The notes: a model not told the origin generated them from the sequence alone. A DNA stretch of 64,000 nt from an uncultured Pseudomonadales bacterium (GCA_947488935.1 CANLBN010000005.1:80675-144674); one strand, 5' to 3'. Counted from the first letter of the stretch, positions 1 through 9,085 are shown. Numbers and translations are program-made.

Positions 1-406
1 TAATATGGTAAGTGACTTTTTTAGCCGTCGGTAGAATTTGCCCTGTGAACTTTACCTCACCAGAACCGAGTGCTCGTCCTCGGCCAGGGTTACCCTTCCA
101 ACCCAAGAAAAAACCAACCAGTTGCCACATGGCATCTAGGCCTAAACAGCCCGGCATCACTGGATCGCCAGGAAAATGGCAGCCAAAAAACCAGAGGTCG
201 GGGCTTATGTCGAGTTCCGCAATTATCTCGCCTTTACCGTATTCGCCACCTGTTATGGATATATGTGTAATCCGATCCAGCATGAGCATATCTGGAAGAG
301 GAAGCTGAGCGTTTCCAGGGCCAAACATTTCGCCATTACCGCAGCGGATTAAGTCTTCTTTAGAGTAAGAGTTTTGTGGTTCAGGCGCTTGCATGTTTGC
401 ATCCAT
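1..406 (-). CDS. fabA: 3-hydroxydecanoyl-ACP dehydratase/isomerase FabA (partial; 3' end outside window)
   Basis: Absent from the ORF track because it runs off the window start. Reverse-strand translation from ATG at 406 gives [46 protein letters not shown]...[34 protein letters not shown]...[20 protein letters not shown]. This is colinear with E. coli FabA, including the GCHF active-site His. The + ORFs 12..308 and 70..270 are antisense shadows. Confidence 0.9.
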   Translation of the reverse strand, partial: MDANMQAPEPQNSYSKEDLIRCGNGEMFGPGNAQLPLPDMLMLDRITHISITGGEYGKGEIIAELDISPDLWFFGCHFPGDPVMPGCLGLDAMWQLVGFFLGWKGNPGRGRALGSGEVKFTGQILPTAKKVTYHI

Positions 407-607
407 AATAAGTCAATCTGGGGGTGTTAGTATCCTAGAGATACCGGAAAAGGCGTGTATTTTACCCGTTGATCGATCTATGTCTAGCTTTACTGAAAGT
501 CTTTGGTCTATGGTATAGGCCATTTTAGGGTCTAATTTGTGTTATTGTGCGCCTTTTATATGTCAGCTTTATGGTTTTAGAGCTAATAAATGGAAGGTGT
601 TTCCTGC

Positions 608-1438
608 ATGATCAAAAAATGTTTATTCCCTGTAGCGGGTTATGGTACGCGCTTTTTGCCCGCGACTAAGTCAATGCCCAAAGAAATGCTGCCAATTGTG
701 AATAAGCCATTGGTGCAATATGGCGTAGAAGAGTCACTGGCCGCTGGTTTATCTGAGGTGGGTTTTGTAACTGGGCGTGGAAAACGCGCAATTAGCGACC
801 ATTTTGATCTAAATTACGAGCTTGAGCGTGAAATTGCAGGGACTAGCAAAGAAGAGTATTTGGCGAGTATTCGAGATGTCATGAATGAAGGGCAGTTTTC
901 ATTTACGCGTCAGACATCAATGAAAGGCTTAGGTGATGCAATTCTCAATGGTCGACGCTTGATGGGTGATGAGCCCTTTGGTGTCGTGCTTTCTGATGAT
1001 CTTTGCCTAACGGAGCCGGGTGACGATGGCGTACTGGCCCAGATGGTTAAATTATTTAAGCAGTTTCGTTGCAGCATTGTGGCTATCCAAGAGGTGCCAG
1101 AGGACCAAGTGAGTAAATTTGGGGTGATTGCTGGAGATAAAATTAAGGATAACTTGTATCAAATAACCGATATGATCGAAAAACCCTCGGTTGAAGAGGC
1201 GCCGAGTAATTTAGCGATTATAGGCCGTTATATTTTAACGCCAGATATTTTTGATATTCTTGAGAAAACCGCACCCGGTAAAAATGGTGAGATCCAAATA
1301 ACTGACGCTTTGCTAGAGCAGGCAAAAAATGGCTGTGTCATGGCCTATAAGTTTAAAGGGCGCCGTTTTGATTGTGGGAGTGTTGATGGCTTTGTCGATG
1401 CAACGAATTACGTCTTTGAGAATATATATAATAAATAA
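608..1438 (+). CDS. galU: UTP--glucose-1-phosphate uridylyltransferase
   Basis: MIKKCLFPVAGYGTRFLPATKSMPKEMLPIVNKPLVQYGVEE is the canonical GalU N-terminus. I prefer the ATG at 608 (GGAAGG about 11 nt upstream) over the track start at 590. Confidence 0.9.
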   Translation: MIKKCLFPVAGYGTRFLPATKSMPKEMLPIVNKPLVQYGVEESLAAGLSEVGFVTGRGKRAISDHFDLNYELEREIAGTSKEEYLASIRDVMNEGQFSFTRQTSMKGLGDAILNGRRLMGDEPFGVVLSDDLCLTEPGDDGVLAQMVKLFKQFRCSIVAIQEVPEDQVSKFGVIAGDKIKDNLYQITDMIEKPSVEEAPSNLAIIGRYILTPDIFDILEKTAPGKNGEIQITDALLEQAKNGCVMAYKFKGRRFDCGSVDGFVDATNYVFENIYNK

Positions 1439-1546
1439 AACCAAATCCTTTGCCAGCCTATAGGCTGAGTGTTATTGCTATGATTATGGCCATGAATGGG
1501 TGCCTAAAAAATTATTAATAATATTCACTGTAATAGTGTTGAATGT

Positions 1547-1582
1547 GAGCGCAGATTCGTATAGAATCCGCGCTCTTTTTTT
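1547..1582 (+). terminator. Rho-independent terminator-like hairpin between galU and rplM
   Basis: gagcgcaga...tccgcgctc stem (1547-1575) followed by a T7 run (1576-1582). It could terminate galU or act as an rplM leader structure. Confidence 0.5.
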
Positions 1583-1609
1583 GGGATGTACATCAAATAG
1601 GCAGATAAC

Positions 1610-2038
1610 ATGAAGACTATAAGTGCCAAGCCAGAGAGCGTAAAGCGCGACTGGTATTTAATTGATGCTGAAGGCAAAACTCTAGGCCGTATGGCCACCG
1701 AGATTGCCACCCGCCTACGCGGTAAGCATAAACCTGAGTATACCCCCCATGTTGACACTGGTGATTACATCGTTGTCGTTAATGCTGAAAAAGTCCATGT
1801 AACGGGCAATAAGGCAAAAGCGAAAATGTATCATCACCATACAGGCTACATTGGCGGTATCAAATCGATCAGCTTTGAAAAGCTCGTTCAAAAAGCTCCT
1901 GAGCGTACTATTGAGATTGCGGTTAAAGGCATGTTGCCTAAAGGCCCTCTTGGTCGTGCGATGTTTAAAAAACTGAAAGTTTATGCAGGTACTGAGCATC
2001 CACATGCTGCTCAGCAACCACAAGAACTGACACTGTAA
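1610..2038 (+). CDS. rplM: 50S ribosomal protein L13
   Basis: [56 protein letters not shown] is typical L13. It sits in the conserved rplM-rpsI pair. Confidence 0.97.
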   Translation: MKTISAKPESVKRDWYLIDAEGKTLGRMATEIATRLRGKHKPEYTPHVDTGDYIVVVNAEKVHVTGNKAKAKMYHHHTGYIGGIKSISFEKLVQKAPERTIEIAVKGMLPKGPLGRAMFKKLKVYAGTEHPHAAQQPQELTL

Positions 2039-2051
2039 TCGGGAGCTAGTT

Positions 2052-2444
2052 ATGTCAGCAACACAATATTATGGAACGGGTCGTCGTAAAACCTCGACAG
2101 CGCGAGTATTCCTTACTAAGGGTACTGGTGCAATTACTATCAATGGTCGTCCATTAGATGAGTATTTTGGTCGTGAAGTTGCACGTATGATCGTACGTCA
2201 GCCACTTGAATTACTTGATTCTGTAGAGCAGTTTGATATTAATGCTACTGTTAAAGGTGGTGGTAGTTTTGGTCAAGCTGGTGCTATTCGTCATGGTTTA
2301 ACACGTGCCTTAATGCAATATGACGAAGTTAACCGTCAGCCTCTACGTGCTGCGGGTTATGTAACTCGTGATGCTCGTGAAGTAGAACGTAAGAAAGTTG
2401 GCCTACGCAAAGCGCGTAAAAAGCCTCAATTCTCAAAACGTTAA
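2052..2444 (+). CDS. rpsI: 30S ribosomal protein S9
   Basis: [15 protein letters not shown]...[19 protein letters not shown]...[18 protein letters not shown] is the canonical S9 signature and C-terminus. Confidence 0.97.
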   Translation: MSATQYYGTGRRKTSTARVFLTKGTGAITINGRPLDEYFGREVARMIVRQPLELLDSVEQFDINATVKGGGSFGQAGAIRHGLTRALMQYDEVNRQPLRAAGYVTRDAREVERKKVGLRKARKKPQFSKR

Positions 2445-2485
2445 TATTTGGTCATTTTGCAAGATTTTTAGTGAAGTGTATAAAG

Positions 2486-2521
2486 AATGCTCAGTTTGCT
2501 TGTCATCTGAGCATTTTTTTT
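2486..2521 (+). terminator. Rho-independent terminator of rplM-rpsI
   Basis: aatgctcag / ctgagcatt 9-bp stem (2486-2494 / 2507-2515) followed by a T-run to 2521, about 40 nt after the rpsI stop. Confidence 0.7.
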
Positions 2522-2560
2522 GCAATTCTTTTATGCTTAAGCCTCTAAAGCAGACTATCC

Positions 2561-2588
2561 TTGTAAGGATGCAGTGGTTTCATATAAT
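2561..2588 (+). promoter_or_regulatory. Candidate sigma70 promoter for the pet operon
   Basis: TTGTAA (2561-2566), a 16-nt spacer, then a perfect TATAAT (2583-2588), about 125 nt upstream of petA. Confidence 0.45.
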
Positions 2589-2712
2589 ATGGCAGCCTTT
2601 TAGGCTAAATCATTCTGTTGGCCACTAATGATAAAATAAAACGACAGAATATCAGCGTTACAAGTAAAAATTTCTTTTAGATCCACATTACAGATGATGG
2701 GAGAATAGCGTC

Positions 2713-3315
2713 ATGAGTGATGGCGAAGTAGTAGTCAATCAAAGCCGACGTCGTTTTTTAACGGCCGCAACATCCGTTGTGGGTGCAGCAGGTGCAGTTG
2801 GTGTAGCAATTCCGTTTGTTGGGTCTTGGAATCCAAGTGCAAAGGCAAAAGCTGCGGGTGCACCAGTAAGAATTAATTTGGCATCTATCCAACCGGGACA
2901 GATGATTACCGAAGAGTGGCGGGGCAAGCCGGTTTTTATTGTTCGTCGTACAGACGAAGCTCTCGCTGGCCTAGAAAAAGTTGCCGGTGACGTCAGTGAC
3001 CCAGACTCTCAAAATAAACAACAGCCTGACTATGCTCAAAATGGGACGCGCTCTCGTCGTCCAGAGTTTATGATCATGCTGGGTGTTTGCACTCATTTAG
3101 GTTGTGCACCTCAATTTAGACCCGATGTGGGCGCTAAAGATTTAGGTGGCGATACTTGGCAAGGTGGTTTCTTTTGCCCTTGTCATGGTTCTAAGTTTGA
3201 TTTGGCGGGACGCGTTTATAAATCCGTCCCTGCGCCAGTGAATCTTGAGGTTCCACCGCATATGTATGAATCAGATACAGTGATTGTGGTTGGTCTTGAT
3301 GAGGGGAACTCATAA
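2713..3315 (+). CDS. petA: Ubiquinol-cytochrome c reductase Rieske iron-sulfur subunit
   Basis: Tat-like N-terminus SRRRFLTAAT. Rieske motifs CTHLGC and CPCHGS. The stop overlaps the next ATG (TAATG at 3313-3317). Confidence 0.93.
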   Translation: MSDGEVVVNQSRRRFLTAATSVVGAAGAVGVAIPFVGSWNPSAKAKAAGAPVRINLASIQPGQMITEEWRGKPVFIVRRTDEALAGLEKVAGDVSDPDSQNKQQPDYAQNGTRSRRPEFMIMLGVCTHLGCAPQFRPDVGAKDLGGDTWQGGFFCPCHGSKFDLAGRVYKSVPAPVNLEVPPHMYESDTVIVVGLDEGNS

Positions 3316-5540
3316 TGAATTTTCTAACGGGTTTGTGGAATTGGGTTGACGAAAGATTACCTGTGCAGCGTGCATGGGACACCCATATGGGCGAGTATTA
3401 CGCCCCAAAAAACTTTAATTTTTGGTACTTTTTTGGTGTTTTTTCACTATTAGTACTCGTTAATCAGATACTTACGGGTGTTTGGTTGGTGATGATCTAC
3501 GTTCCAACGGCCGACCAAGCCTTTGCATCGGTTGAGTACTGCATGCGTGATGTTGCCCACTGCGATATTATCCGCTTAATGCATGCTGTTGGTGCCTCGG
3601 CGTTCTTTGTTGTGGTTTACCTCCATATGTTTCGTGGCTTACTCTATGGCTCCTACAAAGCGCCTCGTGAGCTGGTATGGATATTTGGCATGGTGATCTA
3701 CGTAGCGCTAATGGCTGAGGCTTTCTTGGGGTATGTATTACCTTGGGGCCAAATGTCATACTGGGGTGCACAGGTTATTGTATCTCTATTTGGTGCTATC
3801 CCATTCGTTGGTGAAGACCTTGTACAGTGGATCCGCGGTGACTTCTTGATCTCTGAGATCACACTCAACCGTTTCTTTGCACTGCATGTTGTTGCTATTC
3901 CTCTTGTCTTAATTGCCTTGGTTGTTATGCATATTTTAGCATTGCACGAGGTGGGTTCGAACAACCCCGATGGTGTTGATATTAAGAAGAACAAAGGTCC
4001 AGATGGTAAGCCTGTCGACGGCATTCCGTTCCATCCTTTCTATTCTGTTCATGATTTGGTGGGTATTTCAGCGTTCTTAATTGCCTTCTGTACGGTTATT
4101 TTTTACTTCCCAGAAATGGGCGGGTATTTCCTAGAGTATGCAAACTTTGAAGAAGCCAATAACCTAAAAACACCGGAGCATATTGCACCTGTTTGGTACT
4201 TTACGCCATTCTATGCCATCTTGCGTGCGGTAACGATTGACCTTGGCGGCGTGTTTACCGCTAAGTTCCTAGGCTTTTTAGCCATGATTGGCGCTATCGT
4301 TATCTTGTTCTTATTGCCTTGGTTAGATAAGAGCCCAGTAAGATCGATTCGCTACAAAGGCTGGTTGCCAAAAATCATGTTGCTGTTGTTTGCTGCCATG
4401 TTTGTGGTACTGGGTTATCTGGGTGTTAAGGCGCCTACCGATGGTAGAACAATGCTCGCACAACTAGGTACGTTATTCTATTTTGTATTCTTTATTACGA
4501 TGCCAATCTGGACTAACCCTGGCAATCCTAAGGTGAAATCGATTCTTAACTGGATTATCTGTGTTGTTCTGGGTGTTGGGCTTATCATGATAGCGTTCTC
4601 TGCTCTTGATAAAGAAGTTCCTCTTTTTGTAAGGGCATTTGGCTTAGGTCTGGCGGCATTAACTATATTACTACCTATGCTAACGGCTAAAGACTCAGTG
4701 AGCCCAGAGCCCGAACGTCTGCAAATGAAAGGTTTGCCTCGTGGCTTAGTTTTCTTGGGCTTCTTGTTCTTTGCAGTGATGACTGTAGCACCGATTAAAG
4801 CAGTTGCCGCTGGCGGTGCTTTCGCCTGTGGTGAGATTCCTTGCGATGAGTTTCATCCAGATACACAAAACAAGCCATCTCTTCAGCGTGGTGCGCAGTT
4901 ATTTGTGAATTACTGCATGGGCTGTCATGCAGCTAAGTTTTCTCGCTATGAGCGTGTAGCCACTGATCTTGGTATTCCCAATGATTTGATGATGGAAAAC
5001 CTTGTTTTCTCCGATCAAAAGATTGGTGATTTGATGACTATTGCCATGAGCAAAAAACAGTCAAAAGGTTGGTTTGGTGCAACACCACCAGATTTAACAC
5101 TGGTTGCTCGTGCCCGTAAGCCTGAGTGGTTGTACACTTACTTGCGTAATTTTTACAAAGATGACTCTCGCCCTTTAGGGGTTAATAATCGTGTGTTCCC
5201 AAACGTGGGCATGCCACACGTTATGTTAGAGCTGCAAGGCTTGCTTGAATGTGGCCCTGGTCCATTATTGGATGACCACGGTAAAATAGTGCGTAATGAC
5301 CTAGGTGAGGCCAAACAGGATGAACACTGTGGCGGCTTAATTGAAGGCGATCTTAAAGGCTCTATGGACCAAGCAGAGTTTGATGGCGCAATTTACGACT
5401 TAGTTAACTTTTTAGAATATATTGGTGACCCAACAGCAGACGATCGACGATACATTGGTGTATTTGTCCTATTGTTCTTGCTAGTACTACTTGTGCTGAC
5501 TATTCTCCTAAACCGAGAGTACTGGAAAGGAATTCACTAA
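3315..5540 (+). CDS. Cytochrome b fused in frame to cytochrome c1 (petB-petC fusion)
   Basis: One uninterrupted 741-aa ORF. Residues 1 to ~400 are cytochrome b (YYAPKNFNFWYFFG, HMFRGLLYGSY, PEWYF-like PVWYFTPFYAILR). Residues 471-741 are cytochrome c1 (signal-like MKGLPRGLVFLGFLFFAVMTVAPIKAVAAGG, heme motif CMGCH at nt 4914-4928, PPDLTLVA, C-terminal anchor). See findings. Confidence 0.85.
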   Translation: MNFLTGLWNWVDERLPVQRAWDTHMGEYYAPKNFNFWYFFGVFSLLVLVNQILTGVWLVMIYVPTADQAFASVEYCMRDVAHCDIIRLMHAVGASAFFVVVYLHMFRGLLYGSYKAPRELVWIFGMVIYVALMAEAFLGYVLPWGQMSYWGAQVIVSLFGAIPFVGEDLVQWIRGDFLISEITLNRFFALHVVAIPLVLIALVVMHILALHEVGSNNPDGVDIKKNKGPDGKPVDGIPFHPFYSVHDLVGISAFLIAFCTVIFYFPEMGGYFLEYANFEEANNLKTPEHIAPVWYFTPFYAILRAVTIDLGGVFTAKFLGFLAMIGAIVILFLLPWLDKSPVRSIRYKGWLPKIMLLLFAAMFVVLGYLGVKAPTDGRTMLAQLGTLFYFVFFITMPIWTNPGNPKVKSILNWIICVVLGVGLIMIAFSALDKEVPLFVRAFGLGLAALTILLPMLTAKDSVSPEPERLQMKGLPRGLVFLGFLFFAVMTVAPIKAVAAGGAFACGEIPCDEFHPDTQNKPSLQRGAQLFVNYCMGCHAAKFSRYERVATDLGIPNDLMMENLVFSDQKIGDLMTIAMSKKQSKGWFGATPPDLTLVARARKPEWLYTYLRNFYKDDSRPLGVNNRVFPNVGMPHVMLELQGLLECGPGPLLDDHGKIVRNDLGEAKQDEHCGGLIEGDLKGSMDQAEFDGAIYDLVNFLEYIGDPTADDRRYIGVFVLLFLLVLLVLTILLNREYWKGIH

Positions 5541-5613
5541 TCCCATTTAGTGTTGTTGGCTGTTGATGTTAGCAGCCAAACAAACATTAAGTGTTTTATG
5601 ATAAAATCCTGCC

Positions 5614-5646
5614 GGGCAGCTTTATAAATTAATGCTGCCCATTTCT
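5614..5646 (+). terminator. Possible terminator after the pet operon
   Basis: gggcagc / gctgccc 7-bp stem (5614-5620 / 5634-5640) followed by ATTTCT. The T-run is weak. Confidence 0.35.
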
Positions 5647-5685
5647 ATATATAATCTTTGATAAATTAAATACCGAGGTGGATCA

Positions 5686-6318
5686 ATGGGTGTCGTTACT
5701 AAACGATCGTCAATGACATATTTTTCTGATGGCCGTGACCATTATAGTCATCGCGTAAGAATTGTATTAGCTGAAAAAGGTGTCACTGTTGATCTGATTG
5801 ATGTTGATCCAAATGATATGCCTGAAGAGGTGTCAGAGATGACGCCGTATAATACATTACCAGCATTACTCGATAGAGATTTAGTATTATATGAATCTAA
5901 GGTGATGATGGAGTATCTCGATGAGCGCTTTCCTCATCCGCCTTTGCTGCCAGTTTATCCTGTTGCTCGCGCTCAGAGCCGTTTATGGATGTATCGTATA
6001 GAGAAAGACTGGTCGCCGTTAGTTGATATTATTGTTGCCAATAAGAGCAAAGATACGGTTGCTAAAGCAGCTAAAGAGTTAAAAGATGGCCTTTTAACCG
6101 TTGCCCCAATATTTGCAGAAAAACCTTTTTTTATGAGTGATGAATTTACGTTGGTAGATTGCTGTTTAGCTCCTGTTTTATGGCGCTTACAGGAGTTTGG
6201 CATCGATATTCCATCTACTCGTCAAACGAAGCCTTTGCTGGAGTATATGGAGCTTTTGTTTAAGCGTGAATCTTTTGTTGAAAGCTTAACTGAATATGAA
6301 AAAGAAATGCGCCCTTAA
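5686..6318 (+). CDS. sspA: Stringent starvation protein A
   Basis: SHRVRIVLAEKGV...MEYLDERFPHPPLLPVYPVARAQSRLWMYRIEKDW...DEFTLVDCCLAPVLWRL is colinear with E. coli SspA. GAGGTGG RBS upstream. Confidence 0.95.
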   Translation: MGVVTKRSSMTYFSDGRDHYSHRVRIVLAEKGVTVDLIDVDPNDMPEEVSEMTPYNTLPALLDRDLVLYESKVMMEYLDERFPHPPLLPVYPVARAQSRLWMYRIEKDWSPLVDIIVANKSKDTVAKAAKELKDGLLTVAPIFAEKPFFMSDEFTLVDCCLAPVLWRLQEFGIDIPSTRQTKPLLEYMELLFKRESFVESLTEYEKEMRP

Positions 6319-6389
6319 AAAAATAATTTAGCACTAACCATTAACTGCACGAATAAGTGCAAATAGTTAGCACGCTTGAGATAAATATT

Positions 6390-6800
6390 ATGGCAATGAC
6401 GTCAAGTCGCCCCTACCTTATTAAAGCACTATACGAGTGGATTGTAGATAATCAATGCACTCCTTATGTATTGGTTAATGCCTTGGCTGATAATGTCAGT
6501 GTGCCTCAGGATTATGTTAATCCTGATGGCCAAGTTGTGCTAAATATCTCTCCCTCTGCGGTGATGGAATTCTCCTTAGAGAATAGTAGCCTGAGCTTCC
6601 GTGCTCGCTTCGGTGGTGTTCCCACAGAAATATTTGTCCCTTGTAGTGCTGTTATGGGGATCTATGCCAAAGAAAACCAACAGGGTATGGTGTTTGAGCC
6701 CGACTCTGAACCCGATAGTACCCCCCCTCCAAGCCCTCCTTCTGGCAACAAGAAAAGTAGCCATTCTCAAACGAGACCTAGTTTGAAAGTTGTTAAATAG
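6390..6800 (+). CDS. sspB: ClpXP adaptor / stringent starvation protein B
   Basis: SRPYLIKALYEWIVDNQCTPYVLVNA...VLNISPSAV is the SspB N-domain, with a flexible P/S-rich tail ending LKVVK. ATG at 6390 preferred over the upstream GTG at 6357. Confidence 0.9.
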   Translation: MAMTSSRPYLIKALYEWIVDNQCTPYVLVNALADNVSVPQDYVNPDGQVVLNISPSAVMEFSLENSSLSFRARFGGVPTEIFVPCSAVMGIYAKENQQGMVFEPDSEPDSTPPPSPPSGNKKSSHSQTRPSLKVVK

Positions 6801-7020
6801 TGATCTAGTTCTGTCTCTTTGGGAGATCACTATGCGATTATATTTGTCTTAGCTTTAAGTCATTGCCAATCAGAGCATCCTTACATTATTTGTGTTTATT
6901 TGCTCTAAAAGTCTTCATTTATTCCATCTATGGAGTATAGTTAAGGCATATAGTAGTGTAATGGGTAAAAATCTAAATTTAAAAATACAATAATAATCCA
7001 ACAAATAGTGAGGCTAAAAA

Positions 7021-7638
7021 ATGGCATTTCTAGAACACACACTAGGTATCATGTTACACCCCGATAGCGAGTGGAAAGCAATACGTGGGGAGAGGCATTC
7101 GTTCAAGCAGGTTTTTTTGAGTCACGTCCCTTTTCTTGCATTAATTCCGGCAGTTTCATTCTTTATTGGCGTGACCCAAGTAGGGTGGTCATTTGGGTCA
7201 GGTGACCCAGTTAAATTGACGGTAGGCAGCGCTATTCAATTGTGTGGCCTTGCCTATGTTGCTTTATTGTTTGGTGTTTATGCCCTTGGTGAGTTTATTA
7301 ACTGGATGGCTCGCACCTATGGTGTAAAGGACTCCGAAGAAAGGCGCCATTATGAAGGAACTGCATTAGCTGTTTATGTAACAACACCTGTCTTTTTAGT
7401 GGGTATTTTTGGTCTTTACCCACACTTGTGGCTAAACGTAACGGCAATGGGTATCGCTGGTGCTTATGCGGTTTATCTCATTTATGAGGGCATTCCTATC
7501 TTAATGAATATCTCAAAGGATAGGGGCTTCATGTATGCAAGCTCCATTGTTACCATTGGGCTTGTTATGATGGTCATCGTTATTGTTAGTTCTGTTATTT
7601 TGTGGAATCTGGGTGTTGGTCCTGTTTATATTGATTAG
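7021..7638 (+). CDS. Yip1-family (DUF1282-like) integral membrane protein
   Basis: 205 aa with about 5 TM segments. The N-terminus LGIMLHPDSEWKAIRGE is typical of bacterial Yip1-domain proteins. Family call is from memory. Confidence 0.7.
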   Translation: MAFLEHTLGIMLHPDSEWKAIRGERHSFKQVFLSHVPFLALIPAVSFFIGVTQVGWSFGSGDPVKLTVGSAIQLCGLAYVALLFGVYALGEFINWMARTYGVKDSEERRHYEGTALAVYVTTPVFLVGIFGLYPHLWLNVTAMGIAGAYAVYLIYEGIPILMNISKDRGFMYASSIVTIGLVMMVIVIVSSVILWNLGVGPVYID

Positions 7639-7747
7639 ATAATAGTCATCTATCATCTAAATGTAATGGCAACGATGTTGTTATTATATTTTTTGTGGCC
7701 ACTTTGCATTTTTCGATAAGTATTAGGGTAATAGTCAATAAATCCAC

Positions 7748-7776
7748 TTGACGCTTGCCCTCCAAATCTCTAACAT
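7748..7776 (+). promoter_or_regulatory. Candidate sigma70 promoter of tRNA-Arg with GC-rich discriminator
   Basis: TTGACG (7748-7753), a 17-nt spacer, TAACAT (7771-7776), then a GC-rich ACGCGCC discriminator. The tRNA starts at 7790. An AT-rich UP-like stretch lies upstream. Confidence 0.5.
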
Positions 7777-7789
7777 ACGCGCCTCTTAC

Positions 7790-7866
7790 GCACTCGTAGC
7801 TCAGCTGGATAGAGTACTCGGCTACGAACCGAGCGGTCGGAGGTTCGAATCCTCCCGAGTGCGCCA
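7790..7866 (+). tRNA. tRNA-Arg (anticodon ACG)
   Basis: GCACTCGTAGCTCAGCTGGATAGAGTACTCGGCTACGAACCGAGCGGTCGGAGGTTCGAATCCTCCCGAGTGCGCCA folds as a cloverleaf: 7-bp acceptor, anticodon loop CTACGAA, T-arm GGAGG-TTCGAAT-CCTCC, encoded CCA. Nearly identical to E. coli argV-type tRNA. Confidence 0.95.
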
Positions 7867-7875
7867 TATAGAGAA

Positions 7876-7901
7876 ACCCGGCCTTGTGCCGGGTTTTTTT
7901 A
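7876..7901 (+). terminator. Rho-independent terminator of tRNA-Arg
   Basis: acccggc-cttgt-gccgggt hairpin followed by T7. Confidence 0.8.
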
Positions 7902-8008
7902 TGGGTGCTCGGGAGGGTGAGGACCTCCGCAGGTTCGACTAAATCGTCGGGAACGATTTAGCACAGCCGAAGGCTGCCCATAGGGCGAGACACAGGACGT
8001 GTCGAGTA

Positions 8009-8025
8009 AATCCTCCCGAGTGCGC
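8009..8025 (+). repeat. Direct repeat of tRNA-Arg 3' end (att-like copy 2)
   Basis: aatcctcccgagtgcgc is identical over 17 nt to tRNA positions 7848-7864 (T-loop through acceptor 3' strand). Confidence 0.8.
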
Positions 8026-8169
8026 TATCGCATCCCTGTGCTCACGGCATTCGTACATCCATGTAACTCGAACAATTTTGCAGTGCCAGAGGCTACACGT
8101 AGCGTGGGGTACAGTGCACACCGAAATTTATGAAGAATATGTTTGCGAGGTTTATAGGTGAACTGGGGA

Positions 8170-8985
8170 TTACATGCGAATTTTCAGTGAAAAGTCAGCG
8201 TCATCAATGTCAGTTATACTTGCATCAACTAATGCTTCTTCGCGTACTTTGCTAAAAGGCTTGCTGGTATCGATATAACCGAGTTCATAAGCGATTTGGT
8301 CTGAGTTACCGGGTAAAATAATACGCATATCCATCCATGAACTGAGTTCTCTAAATTGATCCGATTGCGCAAGCAAACCCGTCATACAGTTATCAATAAG
8401 CGTATTGTAAAAGGTAGGTTTTCTGTTGAGTACTTCGGCTTCTCTCAGAAAGTTGAGTAGTAAAGGTTTGGTATACAGTTCCGGTACATCAAGTTTATAC
8501 AAATTAAGGGGCTCTTGACGTATGTGAGTTCTTAGCCCTATTACATCCTGCTCTGTCGCCAGTACTATTGTTTTATGATATCCCCTAAATAAGCCTTTTA
8601 TTGGGCTGTAGCCATTAACATGTTTGTCTTCAAGCCTAGCCTCAATTGAGACGATTAAAAATTTATCGCCGCTGAATTCAAAGCTCATAAAAACATGAGC
8701 CAAGCCATTTTTACCAAAATGTGATAAGCCGTACCAAGCATTTTTAAACTCCGATAACTGATAATGCTGATCTAGATAACGAGCCTCGCGAATAGTGCCG
8801 TCATCGTTGTAACGAAAATCTCGGACGTTTTTAATGCTAATAGTATCGCCTCCAAGCTCTATACTTGGGAGTATCTGAAATTGAGTTTGCCAATTAGCTT
8901 GGTTACTCGGTGACTTAAGGCTTAAAAAAACTGCCCAAAGCACAATGACTGCAAGAATGAATAGCGATATCTTCAGATAGGACAT
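8170..8985 (-). CDS. DUF4105 (Lnb N-terminal periplasmic domain-like) protein
   Basis: 271 aa with an N-terminal TM/signal segment. FRYNDDG, AWYGLSHFG..GLAHVFMSFEF and FYNTLIDNCMTGL fit DUF4105-type proteins as I recall them. Confidence 0.7.
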   Translation of the reverse strand: MSYLKISLFILAVIVLWAVFLSLKSPSNQANWQTQFQILPSIELGGDTISIKNVRDFRYNDDGTIREARYLDQHYQLSEFKNAWYGLSHFGKNGLAHVFMSFEFSGDKFLIVSIEARLEDKHVNGYSPIKGLFRGYHKTIVLATEQDVIGLRTHIRQEPLNLYKLDVPELYTKPLLLNFLREAEVLNRKPTFYNTLIDNCMTGLLAQSDQFRELSSWMDMRIILPGNSDQIAYELGYIDTSKPFSKVREEALVDASITDIDDADFSLKIRM

Positions 8986-9085
8986 AGGCGTAATGTTTAT
9001 TTTCCTTCGGCTCTATTATTTTTAAAAAAGTATAACGTAAGGCGACTAGATTCACATCCCCAAGCCGTTTACAGAATGTATATTT

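Noticed and set aside
12-308. 98-aa and 66-aa + strand ORFs at the window start
   Set aside because: They lie antisense to a clearly recognisable fabA coding sequence on the minus strand, and their P/G/S-rich products have no family resemblance.
2398-2628. 76-aa ORF overlapping the rpsI 3' end and downstream region
   Set aside because: It spans the rpsI terminator hairpin and the candidate pet promoter, has no RBS, and shows no protein-like features.
4725-5540. Annotating petC as a separate gene starting at the internal Met (MKGLPRG...)
   Set aside because: There is no upstream in-frame stop and no Shine-Dalgarno before 4725, so the sequence as given supports only the fused ORF. Independent internal initiation cannot be excluded and is discussed in the finding.
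7646-7942. ORFs 7646..7867 (-) and 7748..7942 (+)
   Set aside because: Both are read through the tRNA-Arg gene and its terminator, so they are artefacts of the ORF caller.
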